Notes: generated from the letters alone by a model not told the origin. 64,000 nucleotides of DNA from Thecamonas trahens ATCC 50062 (GCF_000142905.1 NW_013657643.1:142054-206053); one strand, 5' to 3'. Numbered from the stretch's first letter, positions 10,085 through 20,924 are shown. Numbers and translations: made by a program.

Positions 10085-11860
10085 TCATGATTGGATATCG
10101 GCAGACACGCCGGCGCCATCAAGGCGGTCGAGTTCGGTGGCGAGAAGGGCGAGCGAGGACTCGATCTCGGCGGCGCGGGTGCTGGGATGGGCGCTATTCG
10201 GCCCGGCTCCACCGTCCGTGCCGGGTCGGGCGCGGTCATAGATGCGTGCGACGTGTGGGGCAATGACAGCGTCGACAAAGCCGGAGTTGAACTGAGGGAG
10301 GGTGAGGAGAACGTCGAGCGGGAACGGAATCAGGTTGGAGCGGAAGCCGATGGCGGCGCACTCGGGGTCGTGGCACTTTTGGTAGTAGCCGCCGTGGGCA
10401 AGGTCGGCAATGAGCATGACATTGTTCGACGCGTGGTGCCGCTTGACGTTGTGGCAGTACTTCCACGAGCCAGCGATCTCGCACACAATTCGCTGTGACC
10501 GCGCAATGTAGAACCAGGTCCGGATGCGCCCGCCAGGAGATATCACGTCCTCCAGGTGGCGGAAGACGGCCGGGAAGAGCGCCGCCGCCGGCGTGTGCTC
10601 CCCACAGACTCTGCTGCCTCCAGCTTCGATACGCTCAGCTTCGACCGGCGCCAGGGACAGTCGAGGCCGCGCAACCGACTGGCGGTTGCCGCAGCGAAGG
10701 ATAGTCATCGAGTCGGCACCATCGATTGACGCCGAGACAAGCGAGTCACGAAATAGGCGCGCCTCCGACGTGATTGGAAACCGGGAGGTGCGGGCGACAA
10801 CGAGCGGGGCGCGGCGACCGGCTTTGGACGACTTGTACAGTCGAAAGTTGCGATTCTTGGTGTAGACGCCGAGGTCGACAAGACACCCGGGCGAGCCGTC
10901 TTTGGCCGCCACGTCGACGCATGACGACCGCCCTGCGCGCGTCGCCCGAGCCCGCAGCCGGGCCACAAACGTCGTCATGAACTTACCGACCGAGTACACG
11001 TCCTGAAACGCGCGGCCAGGAACATGGACTATGACGTGCTGCGAGAACTTGGCCGGTGTCGACGAGTCGAGGACCAGTGCGTGGGCGATCGAGAGCGGCG
11101 TTGGAAGCCGGAACACCTTGGAAAGCTCGCGCATCAGCGCTCGAAGCAGGCGTGCCACCCGTGCCTCGCCATCGACTTCAGGGTTGGCGGCAGTCGCAAA
11201 CTCGAGGTCGATGTACAGCCGGCAGACAGCATGTGGCGGAATGACTTCGTAGAACACACGCTCGTCGAGCGGTAGCTCTGCATACTCGCGCCAGAAGGCG
11301 TCGAGGTGAGCGGTGGCAAACCATCGCGCCCCATTGCCGGCGCCCTTGATCTCGGCAGCCACAACCATGGCCCCCGGCTTGCCCAGCGCGTCGTCCAGCG
11401 CTTGCGCCTGCTTGCGGAAGATGGTGAGACAAGCCATGCCTTCAGCCGTCGCCGTCGCCAGCCGGCCTCGCGCTTGCTCGCCCCCCGCACACAACTCTAG
11501 CGCCGCACCTCGGCCTGCCTCGGCCGCAAAGCTCCGCGATCGCCGCTGCGCCATCGCCAGCAGCCTGCGGACCTCGATCTCCATAGCACACCGAGTCCGC
11601 CCGTCATAACCCCCCTCTCCGACCCCATAGAAGGCCTCAGCCGATACCCCCAGCGCACGCGCGCGCTTGAGCGGCGGCAACTCCGGACCACCGTCATTAC
11701 CCGCCTTCCGCCTCCGTTTCCCGACTTGCGCATCGGCCCGTCGACCTGCCTGCCGCGCATCGACCCGTCCGCCCAGCTGCCGCCGCCCACCATCCACCAG
11801 CCCACCGACCACCAGAGGCGGCACGCCCCGTCGCCCCGCCGCCGTCCTCCGGAGCACCAT
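10085..11860 (-). CDS. PRIMPOL: DNA-directed primase/polymerase PrimPol
   Basis: FYEVI..CRLYIDLEF (DxE), KFSQH (SxH), VDLGVYTKNRNFRLYKSSK, C-terminal zinc finger CHNVKRHHASNN..YQKCHDPEC. Start codon uncertain. Confidence 0.95.
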   Translation of the reverse strand: MVLRRTAAGRRGVPPLVVGGLVDGGRRQLGGRVDARQAGRRADAQVGKRRRKAGNDGGPELPPLKRARALGVSAEAFYGVGEGGYDGRTRCAMEIEVRRLLAMAQRRSRSFAAEAGRGAALELCAGGEQARGRLATATAEGMACLTIFRKQAQALDDALGKPGAMVVAAEIKGAGNGARWFATAHLDAFWREYAELPLDERVFYEVIPPHAVCRLYIDLEFATAANPEVDGEARVARLLRALMRELSKVFRLPTPLSIAHALVLDSSTPAKFSQHVIVHVPGRAFQDVYSVGKFMTTFVARLRARATRAGRSSCVDVAAKDGSPGCLVDLGVYTKNRNFRLYKSSKAGRRAPLVVARTSRFPITSEARLFRDSLVSASIDGADSMTILRCGNRQSVARPRLSLAPVEAERIEAGGSRVCGEHTPAAALFPAVFRHLEDVISPGGRIRTWFYIARSQRIVCEIAGSWKYCHNVKRHHASNNVMLIADLAHGGYYQKCHDPECAAIGFRSNLIPFPLDVLLTLPQFNSGFVDAVIAPHVARIYDRARPGTDGGAGPNSAHPSTRAAEIESSLALLATELDRLDGAGVSADIQS

Positions 11861-12206
11861 TGCCGGCCACCACAGTCTCCGACACAGGGCAAGGGCAAGA
11901 GCAAGAGCAGGGGCAGGGGCAAGAGGCACACAGCACGAGCGCACCCACGAGGGAGGGAAGGGGAGAGAGAAGAGTGTCTATCCCTGCGCTTGTCATACCC
12001 GTAATAGCCTTCCCCAGCCCCCCTTCCCCCCCCTCCCCCCCCTCCCCCCCCCTCCCCCCCTCCCTCAGGTCATGTCGCCCCACCCGGCTGACCAACCCAA
12101 CGCGACACGCTCGCCAGCTGCAGTCACCAGACGATGCCCCCCCCCCCCCCCCCCACCCGCCCACTCACCCCACTTCACCACCCCTCCCACATCCCCCCTT
12201 CACAAC

Positions 12207-13211
12207 ATGCTGCGTCTGCATCTGCTACAATCGACGGCTCTCCGGACCATGGCTTCTCCGCTGACACGGCTGGCCATGATGACCCCCTCCTCGACCACCA
12301 CGACCGCTACCAAGGCCACGGCTACGACTACAGCGGCAGGCCTGGCGACGGTGGCGACGGTGGGGCGGATGACCGGGGCAGGCTGGTCGGCGGCGGTGCG
12401 GCGGGCGATGAGCAGCGAAGCGGGTGGCGGCGGGCCACGCGGCATGCGGCTGGACGAGGAGACGGTGCGCAAGCTGAAGAGCGGCGAGCTGCCGCCGTTG
12501 GACTTTGATTTGCTGCACGACATTGTGGACGTCGTGGGCGAGGCGATTGTGTCGGACGAGCTTGGCGATCGGTTCCGCGAGGCCGGCGCCGCGCCTGGCG
12601 TGGCGCTGACCGAGCGCTGGCACATGGTGCAGGGACTGTACGCCATGGCCGAGGAGCTGGTGCTGAAGGAGTTTGAGCTGGAAGGCATGGACGGGCGGGC
12701 GCGATACACGGCATCGATGCACATGTACGTGCTCGGCGACGACGACCACGTCCAGATCCAGGCGCCCGAGGAAGTCCGCGCCGCTGCCGCCGAGGCCGCC
12801 CGCGCTCTGCGCAAGGTCCTCGACCGCAACTGGAACATCCTGCTCAAGACTGTCGGCATCGACACTGACGCGCTGCCGGACTCGTTTACTCTGGACGAGG
12901 TCAAGGCGGTGCTCGACGAGTGCAAGATCCGCGTCGACGCGCCACCGGTCAAGGACCAGCTCGTCGCCCTCGGCCGCGACGCCGACCTCTCGTCCGACGA
13001 CTGGCAGCGCGCGCTCGCCTTTGACATCATGCAGCCGCTGCATATGAGCGTCGTCTCGGAAAAGCACGGCCTGGCTGGCGAAGAGGGCTACGTGCTCTCG
13101 CAGTACTGCTCGCGCCACGTCGCCGGCCACCCGCAGGTTGCTGTTCTCAACATGGAGCTCCAGCAGGCGGCCATGGTCCACCTCGAGACCGGGCTCAAGT
13201 CGCGCGAGTAA
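12207..13211 (+). CDS. Probable mitochondrial protein with two C10 (C12orf57)-like helical repeats
   Basis: Arg/Ser/Thr-rich, acid-free N-terminus ending RRAMSS. The C-terminal half FTLDEVKAVLDE..QPLHMSVVSEKHGLAGEEGYV..HPQVA resembles protein C10. Confidence 0.6.
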   Translation: MLRLHLLQSTALRTMASPLTRLAMMTPSSTTTTATKATATTTAAGLATVATVGRMTGAGWSAAVRRAMSSEAGGGGPRGMRLDEETVRKLKSGELPPLDFDLLHDIVDVVGEAIVSDELGDRFREAGAAPGVALTERWHMVQGLYAMAEELVLKEFELEGMDGRARYTASMHMYVLGDDDHVQIQAPEEVRAAAAEAARALRKVLDRNWNILLKTVGIDTDALPDSFTLDEVKAVLDECKIRVDAPPVKDQLVALGRDADLSSDDWQRALAFDIMQPLHMSVVSEKHGLAGEEGYVLSQYCSRHVAGHPQVAVLNMELQQAAMVHLETGLKSRE

Positions 13212-13588
13212 ACTGGGGTGTAGTAATGTGTGTAGTGTGGGGTATGAGGGAGGGGGGGGGGGGGGGGGGGTAAAGGCAACCGCTNNNNNNNNNNNNNNNN
13301 NNNNNNNNNNNNNNNNNNNNNNNNNNNNNNNNNNNNNNNNNNNNNNNNNNNNNNNNNNNNNNNNNNNNNNNNNNNNNNNNNNNNNNNNNNNNNNNNNNNN
13401 NNNNNNNNNNNNNNNNNNNNNNNNNNNNNNNNNNNNNNNNNNNNNNNNNNNNNNNNNNNNNNNNNNNNNNNNNNNNNNNNNNNNNNNNNNNNNNNNNNNN
13501 NNNNNNNNNNNNNNNNNNNNNNNNNNNNNNNNNNNNNNNNNNNNNNNTGTGGGGGGGGGGTAAAAGCAACCGCTGCAGGCCTCGATGT

Positions 13589-15313
13589 TCATTCGGTCAC
13601 AGATGCGGCCGCGAGCGCAGCATACGACACACCACCGGTGGCGGTCGGGACCGGTGCGGGGCTGACAGGCGCAGGGACCCGCGAGCCGTCGCCGATGGCG
13701 CCAAAGCCGGGCGGGCCGTTGGAGAGAGGCGCGGCGGAGGATGCCGGCGGCGCCGACGACTCGGGCGGCGTCTGCTCAGCCTTGGCCGTGCCGGCCTTGG
13801 CCTTGGCGCCAGCAGCCTTGGCGATCTTGGGCGGCTTGCCGTCCTTGTAGTCGCCAATACGGGCAACGAGGGCGTCGATGGCGGCCGGGACGGCGTCGAG
13901 CTCGAGCGGAGCCTCGAGGCCAACCTTGGCAAAGTCAGCCATGACCTGCGGGGCCATGGAGAGGATGGCCTTTTTCTTCTTCTTGCCTCCGCGCTTCTTG
14001 CCGCCCTTCTTGCGGATACGGCCGTGGCGGCCGATCGAGTCGTCGTCGTCTTCGGCGTTCTTGCCAATGCGGCGGCCGGTCGGCGCGTTGTCGCGGGCCA
14101 CCCGCCGCGGCTTGGGCAGCGACGGCAGGCCGGCAGGCTTGGCAGCATCGGTAGCGTCGTCGAGGCCCGGGACCGAAATGCCCTCGCCGTAGATGAGGAC
14201 CTGGGTGTCGACTGCGGTGAACGGGACCGATGCCTTGGTCAGCGCGTCCTGCAGGTAGCCGATGAGCGCGGAGCAGATCTTCATCTCGGCAATGTGCGGG
14301 ATGAGCTCACGCTCGTCCTCGGCGCGGGCGGCGGCCTCGGCGGCAGCCTCAGCCTTGCGCTCGGCCTCGCGCTCGGCACGCCGCGCGGCAAACATCTCGT
14401 CCTTCCACTTCTTGAGCTCGTTCCAGTACTTGGAGTATGCCTTCTTCGATGCGCGGAAATCGTTGCGCAGCTTGCGGCGCGCATCGTAGAGCGCGTCGAG
14501 CTTGGACTTGACCTCCTTGCGCTGCTTCCACAGCGACGGCGAGTTGCCGCGGGCGTCCTTAATCCGGTTGCGGAGAGAGACAACAGTCGAGTGCTGCTCA
14601 GACTCGACAGCCTTGAGCTCCTTGATCTCAGCCTCCTTTGCCCGCAGCTCCTCGTACAGCGGGTCGAGCGCGGCCTTGTTGGCCGCCACCGCCGCCGTCA
14701 GCGCCTCGTACTCGACCACCGCAGTCCGATCGCGCTTGAGCGCCGTGATCTGCGCAAGGAGCTCGCGCTCGTCGCGCAGCGACGACGCCGTGGTCTCGAT
14801 CGCCGACTCGAGGGCAGCAATACGCGACTCGATCTTCTCCACCGTGTTGTACTTGCCCAGGTGCCGCCGCAGCGCCTCCTGGCTGGCCTCGACTTTCTTG
14901 TTGCGCGCCCGCTGCTCCTCGATGCGGCCCACAATCTCGCGCCGCGCGCCCTGCAGCTTCTTCTGTTGCTTGTGGATGTCCTTGAGCACCTGCTGCTCCT
15001 TGTCGCGCGTCGCCATGATTTCCTTGGACGACGAGTCCTTCGAGTCCAGCTCGGCCTTGATTCGCCGCAGCTCCTCGTGCGCCGCGTCGATGTCGACCTG
15101 GATCACCGCCTCTTCCTCCTTCAGCTTGTCAAAGTCCGGCTTGCGCACCGCTGCCGGCTTTGGCCGCGGCGCCTTGACCTCTGTGCTCTCGGCCTCCTCG
15201 GCCTTGCCATCGGCGACGTCAGTAGCCGGAGCGGCGTCCTGGGCCATGGCCTCTGCCTCGGTCTTGCCGGCCTCCACGGGCTCGACAGCACGCACGTCTT
15301 CGTTGTCTGACAT
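13589..15313 (-). CDS. BFR1: BFR1/proton-pump-interactor-like coiled-coil protein
   Basis: KPD..EE start of coiled coil, IESRIAALE..ASSLRDERELLAQITALK, EMKICSALIGYL, KKGGKK basic patch, ADFAKVGLEAP..VPAAIDAL. Confidence 0.75.
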   Translation of the reverse strand: MSDNEDVRAVEPVEAGKTEAEAMAQDAAPATDVADGKAEEAESTEVKAPRPKPAAVRKPDFDKLKEEEAVIQVDIDAAHEELRRIKAELDSKDSSSKEIMATRDKEQQVLKDIHKQQKKLQGARREIVGRIEEQRARNKKVEASQEALRRHLGKYNTVEKIESRIAALESAIETTASSLRDERELLAQITALKRDRTAVVEYEALTAAVAANKAALDPLYEELRAKEAEIKELKAVESEQHSTVVSLRNRIKDARGNSPSLWKQRKEVKSKLDALYDARRKLRNDFRASKKAYSKYWNELKKWKDEMFAARRAEREAERKAEAAAEAAARAEDERELIPHIAEMKICSALIGYLQDALTKASVPFTAVDTQVLIYGEGISVPGLDDATDAAKPAGLPSLPKPRRVARDNAPTGRRIGKNAEDDDDSIGRHGRIRKKGGKKRGGKKKKKAILSMAPQVMADFAKVGLEAPLELDAVPAAIDALVARIGDYKDGKPPKIAKAAGAKAKAGTAKAEQTPPESSAPPASSAAPLSNGPPGFGAIGDGSRVPAPVSPAPVPTATGGVSYAALAAASVTE

Positions 15314-15655
15314 GGCTGGACTAACCGGTGTGTTCCACGCACGTGTGAGTGTGAGAGCGAGCATGTGTGGACGGGAGTAAGGGGGGGGGGGAGGGGGAGG
15401 GGGAGGGGCTGCGACGGCAAAAAAGTGTCCAAGGCGCGGGATCCCTCCCCTGGGTGGGGCAGGGGGATGGGGAAGGGCGAGTCGGAGGGGAAGGAGTGAG
15501 GGGAGGTGGGTGGGTGGAGTTAGAGGGAGAGCGGCGTACATGTGGGTGGATGGGATGGGTTGTGGGGGATGAGTTGGGATGGGGAGGGGGCGGGGAGAAG
15601 TGGAATCTGGCTTGGTGACGGCCTTGTGGCGTTGGTGGCTGGTGCGGTGGGTCGC

Positions 15656-15722
15656 GGTGGCCTGTGGCCTGTGGCCGGTGGCCGGTGGCCGGTGGCCGGT
15701 GGCCGGCGGTAGCCGGTGGCCA
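15656..15722. repeat. Tandem heptamer repeat (GTGGCCG/T)n
   Basis: About 9 degenerate copies in the intergenic region between BFR1-like and SAM50. Confidence 0.85.
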
Positions 15723-15850
15723 GTTGCATCCGGAAGCCGAAGCAGCCGGCGGCTGTCGGTTACGATGAGTACGACGGTCGACCTTTAACCTTGTTTGCCG
15801 TCCGAGCGTGTGGAGCAGCGTGGTGAAGAGCGTGAACGAAGCAGTATCAG

Positions 15851-17460
15851 CTAAAAGTAGTTGAGGGCGATGCCAAACTGGAAGCCGTGCTGGACACGGT
15901 CGCCGGGCATGGTGCGGAGTGGGACGGTGTAGTTGAGCTCGACAAGGCCGATGGCGGTGCGGAAGGCGAGGCCTGCGCCGACGGCGACGCGGGCCTGGGA
16001 GACGAGGTCACGCGAGGCGAAGCGGCGCGGCGACTGTGCAGCGAGGAGGAGGTTGCCTGCGTTGACAAAGGCCTGACCGTAGATGCCCCAAGTGTCGTGG
16101 AGGCGGTGGTAGAGATGAAGGCATGCCTTCCAGTAGGCGTCGCCGCCGACGGCGTCCGAGTGGTGGGCGTCTGCGGCGGCGACGGGTGCAGCGCGCGAAA
16201 GGAGCTTCCGCGGGGCGTGCGGGCCGATGCCAAAGGTCTGGAAGCCGCGGACGTCCATGGAGCCACCGAGGTGGAAGGCGTCGACGGTGGAGAGCCCGTC
16301 CGCCATCAGTGGCACGACTAGCCCGCCGGCGACCAGGCCGGTCAGCGTCCAGCGGCCGGCGACGGTGACCGACGCCGAGGCCTTGGCCTCATGCTTGAGG
16401 AAAGCAGCCGAGCCGCCGAGGCCGGCCAGCTCCTGAGAGATCTTGAGCGCGTAGCCGGAGCGCGGCAGGACCGGGTCGTCGCGGCGCTCCATGACTGCGG
16501 CGTGGGTGATGGCCGACTTGACCGAGTGGCCCGCCATGGACCGGATGGAGAACGAGGCGTTGTCTGGGAGCTTGCAGACCTCGCGCCAGACGCCTGCGTA
16601 GCCGACGATGTGGTCAAAATACGCCGTGGGAATGGTGTACGTGAGAGTCACGCCCTTGGTCTTGACGTTGAACGACGAGACGGCCTGAAAGTCGGTGTTG
16701 TCCTTAAAAGCGGCGACCTGCCACTCCTCGCCGTAGTTGGCGAGGTTCGGCTTGGTGTACGCGGCCTTGAAGAACGAGGTGACCTTGGTCCCCGTCGACC
16801 AGTCGACCTCCAGCCGCTCGCCGGCGCCAAACAGATTGCGGAGGTAGACCGCAGCCATGACGTTGCCGTCGTTGACGTCGACGGTGGTCCCGGTCTTGGC
16901 CGTCAGCCGGTTGCGCTCCTCGACAACAATGGTGACGTCCGTAGCCTGTGCTCGACCGTGATCGCCCTTGGCCTCGTCGCAGTGAACATCGATCGACTTG
17001 AACAGATCCATGCACGCCAGCCGTGCCTGCGCCTCCACAAGCTCGTTGAGCACCTCCTCCAGTGTCCCGGCCTCCAGTGCGGCCTTGAGCTCGGCCTCGA
17101 TCACGTCCAGTCGCGTCGCGTCGTTGCCCTCCACCGCCACTGACCGAATGTAGAACGGGCGCTTGCCGATGGTCCCCGACGACAGCTGCATACCCGCGAG
17201 CATCGCACCGTGATGGCCGCACATGGTTGGCGCGTGATGGTGAGTGAGTGCGCCTGTGATCCTCCCCTCTCCCCCCTTCTTCTCCCTCCCTCCTGTCATG
17301 TCCAACGTACCCGCCGCAGCAGCTCCACTAGCGCTCGCTGCGAGGCCTCCTCATCAGGCGAAGGCGGCACGTGCCCGCGCGGCGGTGGCACCTCGCCCTG
17401 GTTGTGGCTCTGTTTCCGCCCGCAGCCATAGCACCCGCCCGTCCGCACACATCCACCCAT
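15851..17460 (-). CDS. SAMM50: SAM50 mitochondrial outer-membrane beta-barrel assembly protein, 2 exons (17460-17311 and 17185-15851)
   Basis: POTRA (VAVEGNDATRLDVI), LRNLFGAGERL, AGHSVKSAI, FHLGGSMDVRGFQTFGIGP, ELNYTVPL, terminal FQFGIALNYF. Start of exon 1 uncertain. Confidence 0.93.
17186..17310 (-). other. Spliceosomal intron of SAM50
   Basis: Minus-strand CGG|GTACGT donor and ATGCAG|CTG acceptor, phase 0, CTCAC branch-like motifs. Confidence 0.75.
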
Positions 17461-18160
17461 ACCTCCACAGCGCGTGAGTGTACCACCAACCCCCCCTCCC
17501 CCCCTCCCCCCCCCCCTGTACCCCACCATGCCTCATGCCCTCCCCCCCTCCCCCTCCCCGGTTGCCGCGTCGGACCAAANNNNNNNNNNNNNNNNNNNNN
17601 NNNNNNNNNNNNNNNNNNNNNNNNNNNNNNNNNNNNNNNNNNNNNNNNNNNNNNNNNNNNNNNNNNNNNNNNNNNNNNNNNNNNNNNNNNNNNNNNNNNN
17701 NNNNNNNNNNNNNNNNNNNNNNNNNNNNNNNNNNNNNNNNNNNNNNNNNNNNNNNNNNNNNNNNNNNNNNNNNNNNNNNNNNNNNNNNNNNNNNNNNNNN
17801 NNNNNNNNNNNNNNNNNNNNNNNNNNNNNNNNNNNNNNNNNNNNNNNNNNNNNNNNNNNNNNNNNNNNNNNNNNNNNNNNNNNNNNNNNNNNNNNNNNNN
17901 NNNNNNNNNNNNNNNNNNNNNNNNNNNNNNNNNNCATCCCCCGCTTCTCCCCGTGCGAGGGGGCAGTCCCACTCGTTGCCAACAATACATTACAAAGCCC
18001 CGCGGGACAGTTGTCGGGCTAACGAGTGTGGTCCATCTCGCCTCCCTTAGGTCGCCTCGCCCACTGCAGGCACTGCCATCTACCACTATCACACTTACCC
18101 TGCGCCTTCCCATCCAACCCCCACTCCACCCCACCCCATCCCCCCCCCTCCCTCACACCC

Positions 18161-19771
18161 ATGGACGGACCGTCGGCAAAGCAGCAAAAGTATGACCGTC
18201 AGCTGCGGCTATGGGGCGCCCACGGACAGGCAGCGCTAGAGTCGGCCCGGGTCTGCCTGCTCGGGGCCACCACCACGGGCGGCGAAGTGCTGAAGAACCT
18301 CATTCTCCCGGGCACAGGTGCCTTTACCATTGTCGACGAGGCGCCCACCACCCTCGCTGCCATCGGATCGAACTTCTTCCTCGCTGCAGACGCCGTCGGC
18401 TCCTCGCTGGCGGCTGCCATGTGCGCCTCGCTGCAGGAGCTCAACCCGGATGTCCGCGGCGGCTACGTCGAGGCCGACCCCTCGGCCCTCGCCGCAGACT
18501 TTTTTGACGACTTTGACGTTGTCATTGTCTCGGACCACGTCGCGCCGTCCGCCACTCCCGCAATCGCCGCCGCTGTCGCTGCCCGCGGCGGCCTGCTGGT
18601 CATCGCCCGCGCCTGCGGCCTCGTCGGCTACGTCCGCGTCACCAAGCCGGGCGTTCACTACGTAGTCGAGACCCACCCAGATCATCCCAAGCTCGACCTG
18701 CGCATCACACACCCGTTCCCGGCCCTTGCCGCTGCTGCTGCTGAGCTCGATCTCGACGCGCTCGACTCGTTCGAGTACAAGCACGTGCCCTACCCGCTGC
18801 TCCTCCTCAAGGCGCTCGACGCCTTCCGCGCGAGCCACGATGGCTCTGGTCCGAGGTCGTCAGCCGACAAGCGCGAGTTTCGCAAGGCTGTTCGCGCCCT
18901 CCAGCGCGACCCGAGCCCACACGAGAACGTCGACGAGGCCGTCAAGGCCGCCCTCAAAGCCTGGGTCCCGGCCACCCCGTCTGACGAGGTCCGCGCCGTC
19001 CTCGACGCACCCGAGGCCCAGACCGATGCGCTCGGGCCCGACTCGGATCCGTTCTGGTTTGTCGTCGCTGGCCTGCGCCACTTTGTCGACTCAGGCGTCG
19101 CCGACGGCGCTCTCCCGCTGCCGGGAAACCTGCCCGACATGACCGCCACGACCGAGGGCTACCTCGCCCTCGCCGGCATGTACGCCGATCAGGCCCGGGC
19201 CGAGCTTGACGCTCTCACCGGCCTTGTCCGCGCCGCACAGGCCTCCGCCGGTGCCGCTCCCGACGCCGTCTCGGCCGACCTCATCAAGACCGTCGCCAAG
19301 AACGCCGCCAGCCTCCACGTCGTCCGCTTCTCGTCGATCGCCGACGAGCTTGAGCCGGCGCCATCCGTCGTCGACGTCCTCACCACCGCCCTCACTTCCG
19401 GCACGCCCACTGCGCCACTCTACGTCATGTTCCGCGCCATCGACGCTTTTTACACCGCCCACCAGCGCTGGCCCGGCACCGGCCCGGCTGGCCCAGGCGC
19501 CGACTACGAGGCCGACATCCCCGAGCTCAAGGCTCAGGTCAACGCGTGCCTTGCAACGTGGGGCATTGCCAACGACGGCTCACTCGTTGCCGACGACCTC
19601 GTCCACGAATTTTGTCGCTACGGTAACGCCGAGATCAACCCGGTGGCCACGGTCGTAGGCGCCGTCGCCGCCCAGGAAATCATCAAGATCGTCACCCGCC
19701 AGTTTGTGCCCATGGACAACACCTTTGTCTTTAACGGCATGAACACTTCGGCCGGCGTCCTGCGGCTGTAG
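18161..19771 (+). CDS. NAE1: NEDD8-activating enzyme E1 regulatory subunit (APPBP1/Ula1)
   Basis: KYDRQLRLWGAHGQ, EVLKNLILPG, ELNPDV, DLRI..PFP, HVPY, LPDMTA, HEFCRYG, AQEIIKIVTRQFVP. Confidence 0.96.
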   Translation: MDGPSAKQQKYDRQLRLWGAHGQAALESARVCLLGATTTGGEVLKNLILPGTGAFTIVDEAPTTLAAIGSNFFLAADAVGSSLAAAMCASLQELNPDVRGGYVEADPSALAADFFDDFDVVIVSDHVAPSATPAIAAAVAARGGLLVIARACGLVGYVRVTKPGVHYVVETHPDHPKLDLRITHPFPALAAAAAELDLDALDSFEYKHVPYPLLLLKALDAFRASHDGSGPRSSADKREFRKAVRALQRDPSPHENVDEAVKAALKAWVPATPSDEVRAVLDAPEAQTDALGPDSDPFWFVVAGLRHFVDSGVADGALPLPGNLPDMTATTEGYLALAGMYADQARAELDALTGLVRAAQASAGAAPDAVSADLIKTVAKNAASLHVVRFSSIADELEPAPSVVDVLTTALTSGTPTAPLYVMFRAIDAFYTAHQRWPGTGPAGPGADYEADIPELKAQVNACLATWGIANDGSLVADDLVHEFCRYGNAEINPVATVVGAVAAQEIIKIVTRQFVPMDNTFVFNGMNTSAGVLRL

Positions 19772-20057
19772 GCTTCACACCTCCAGCTCGACACCGTCCG
19801 ACGCCGACGCCGGCGCCGGTGCTGTCGACGTCTGCTTGCCCCCCTCCCCCCCCCCCCGCCGTGCGCAAAACCGTCTCTGCGCAGACCACGTACTTGAAGA
19901 TGGTGAGAAGCGGCTCTGAGCGGGCGGAGGAGAGGAGAGAAGGATGATGGGATGCGAGCGAAATGGTGGCCACTCCACTTCATTCGATCGTGTTAAACAC
20001 GGATTTGACTAGGCCTGGCCTAGTCATGGCGATGGCGATGGGATGGAAGGGGGGTAG

Positions 20058-20924
20058 CTACAAGGTCTGTGGGTGAAAGTGGTCGCGAGCGCGGGCGCGG
20101 GCGCCTGTCTGGCCGGGACGGGAGGCAAAGGTGCGAACAGACTGGACGGGTTCGATCCACTCGACAAGCGGCGCGGACGCAAGGTAGTCGAGGAGAACAG
20201 CGGCTTGGTCCTTGGACGGTGCCGATGAAGTCCAGGTGACGGTGACAACGGCTGACTTGGAGCCTACGGACTTGACGGCGAGCGGGCCGCCGGTGCCGCG
20301 GTGGGCGCCCGCGCCAAAGCGGGCGTCCAGCTTTGCGGCGAGCTCACGGCCGGCATCAGGAGTGGCGCACAGGATGTTGACACCCGGAGCAGCGCCTGCG
20401 GCAATGGTCTCGACCAGATCGGGCATGTGCTTGGCATGCGGTGGGAGGAGGGCGACCCAGGCGACGGCCGGGTGTTCTGCGGCGGCGAGGGCCTCGCTGG
20501 TCGCTGCGGCGACAAGAAAGGCGTTCGGCGGGAGGTACTTGCCGAGCGAGCGGCCTCCAAAGACGGCGGTCTCGACCGCGGCGCGGTCCTTGGGATCGAC
20601 CACCCGGCCTGCGAGCTGGACCACAAACAGATGCAGCTCGTTGGCTCCGGCGCCACGGGCGGCTAGCGCGTCACGGAGCGGCGGGAGATCACGCGGATGA
20701 AGCGGGCCTGAAAGCAGCTGCACCGCCCTCACTCCGCCTTGGCTCCGTGCATCCACCACGTGTGGCGCCTCTGACGGCGTAGCTTCTGCGCCCGTCCGAG
20801 AGGTGGCGCCAGTGGCGACGGCAGGACGGGCCGGAGCCGAGGCCGCCAAGCGGTTGGTGGCGAGCATGGTAGCGGCAAGAGCCGCAAGCGCAAACATGCC
20901 CCAGCGGGCGCGCGACCATCCCAT
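20058..20924 (-). CDS. Secreted protein resembling a subtilase (S8, KP-43/TagC type) prodomain, without a catalytic domain
   Basis: Signal peptide; LFVVQL..LGKYLPPNAFLV..HPAVAWV..PHAKHMPDL and LASAPLVEWIEP; stop about 25 aa later. Confidence 0.6.
   Translation of the reverse strand: MGWSRARWGMFALAALAATMLATNRLAASAPARPAVATGATSRTGAEATPSEAPHVVDARSQGGVRAVQLLSGPLHPRDLPPLRDALAARGAGANELHLFVVQLAGRVVDPKDRAAVETAVFGGRSLGKYLPPNAFLVAAATSEALAAAEHPAVAWVALLPPHAKHMPDLVETIAAGAAPGVNILCATPDAGRELAAKLDARFGAGAHRGTGGPLAVKSVGSKSAVVTVTWTSSAPSKDQAAVLLDYLASAPLVEWIEPVQSVRTFASRPGQTGARARARDHFHPQTL

Noticed and set aside
13250-13575. Apparent direct repeat (G-run + TAAA(G/A)GCAACCGCT) on both sides of an N-gap
   Set aside because: Most likely the same sequence read from two contig ends that failed to merge at a G homopolymer, not a real repeat or target-site duplication.
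8421-19771. F-box/WD40 and NAE1 as a cullin-pathway cluster
   Set aside because: Separated by four unrelated genes, and F-box genes are common.
20144-20162. GGGTTCGATCC resembling a tRNA T-loop
   Set aside because: Lies within a CDS (WIEP codons on the minus strand); no cloverleaf could be built around it.
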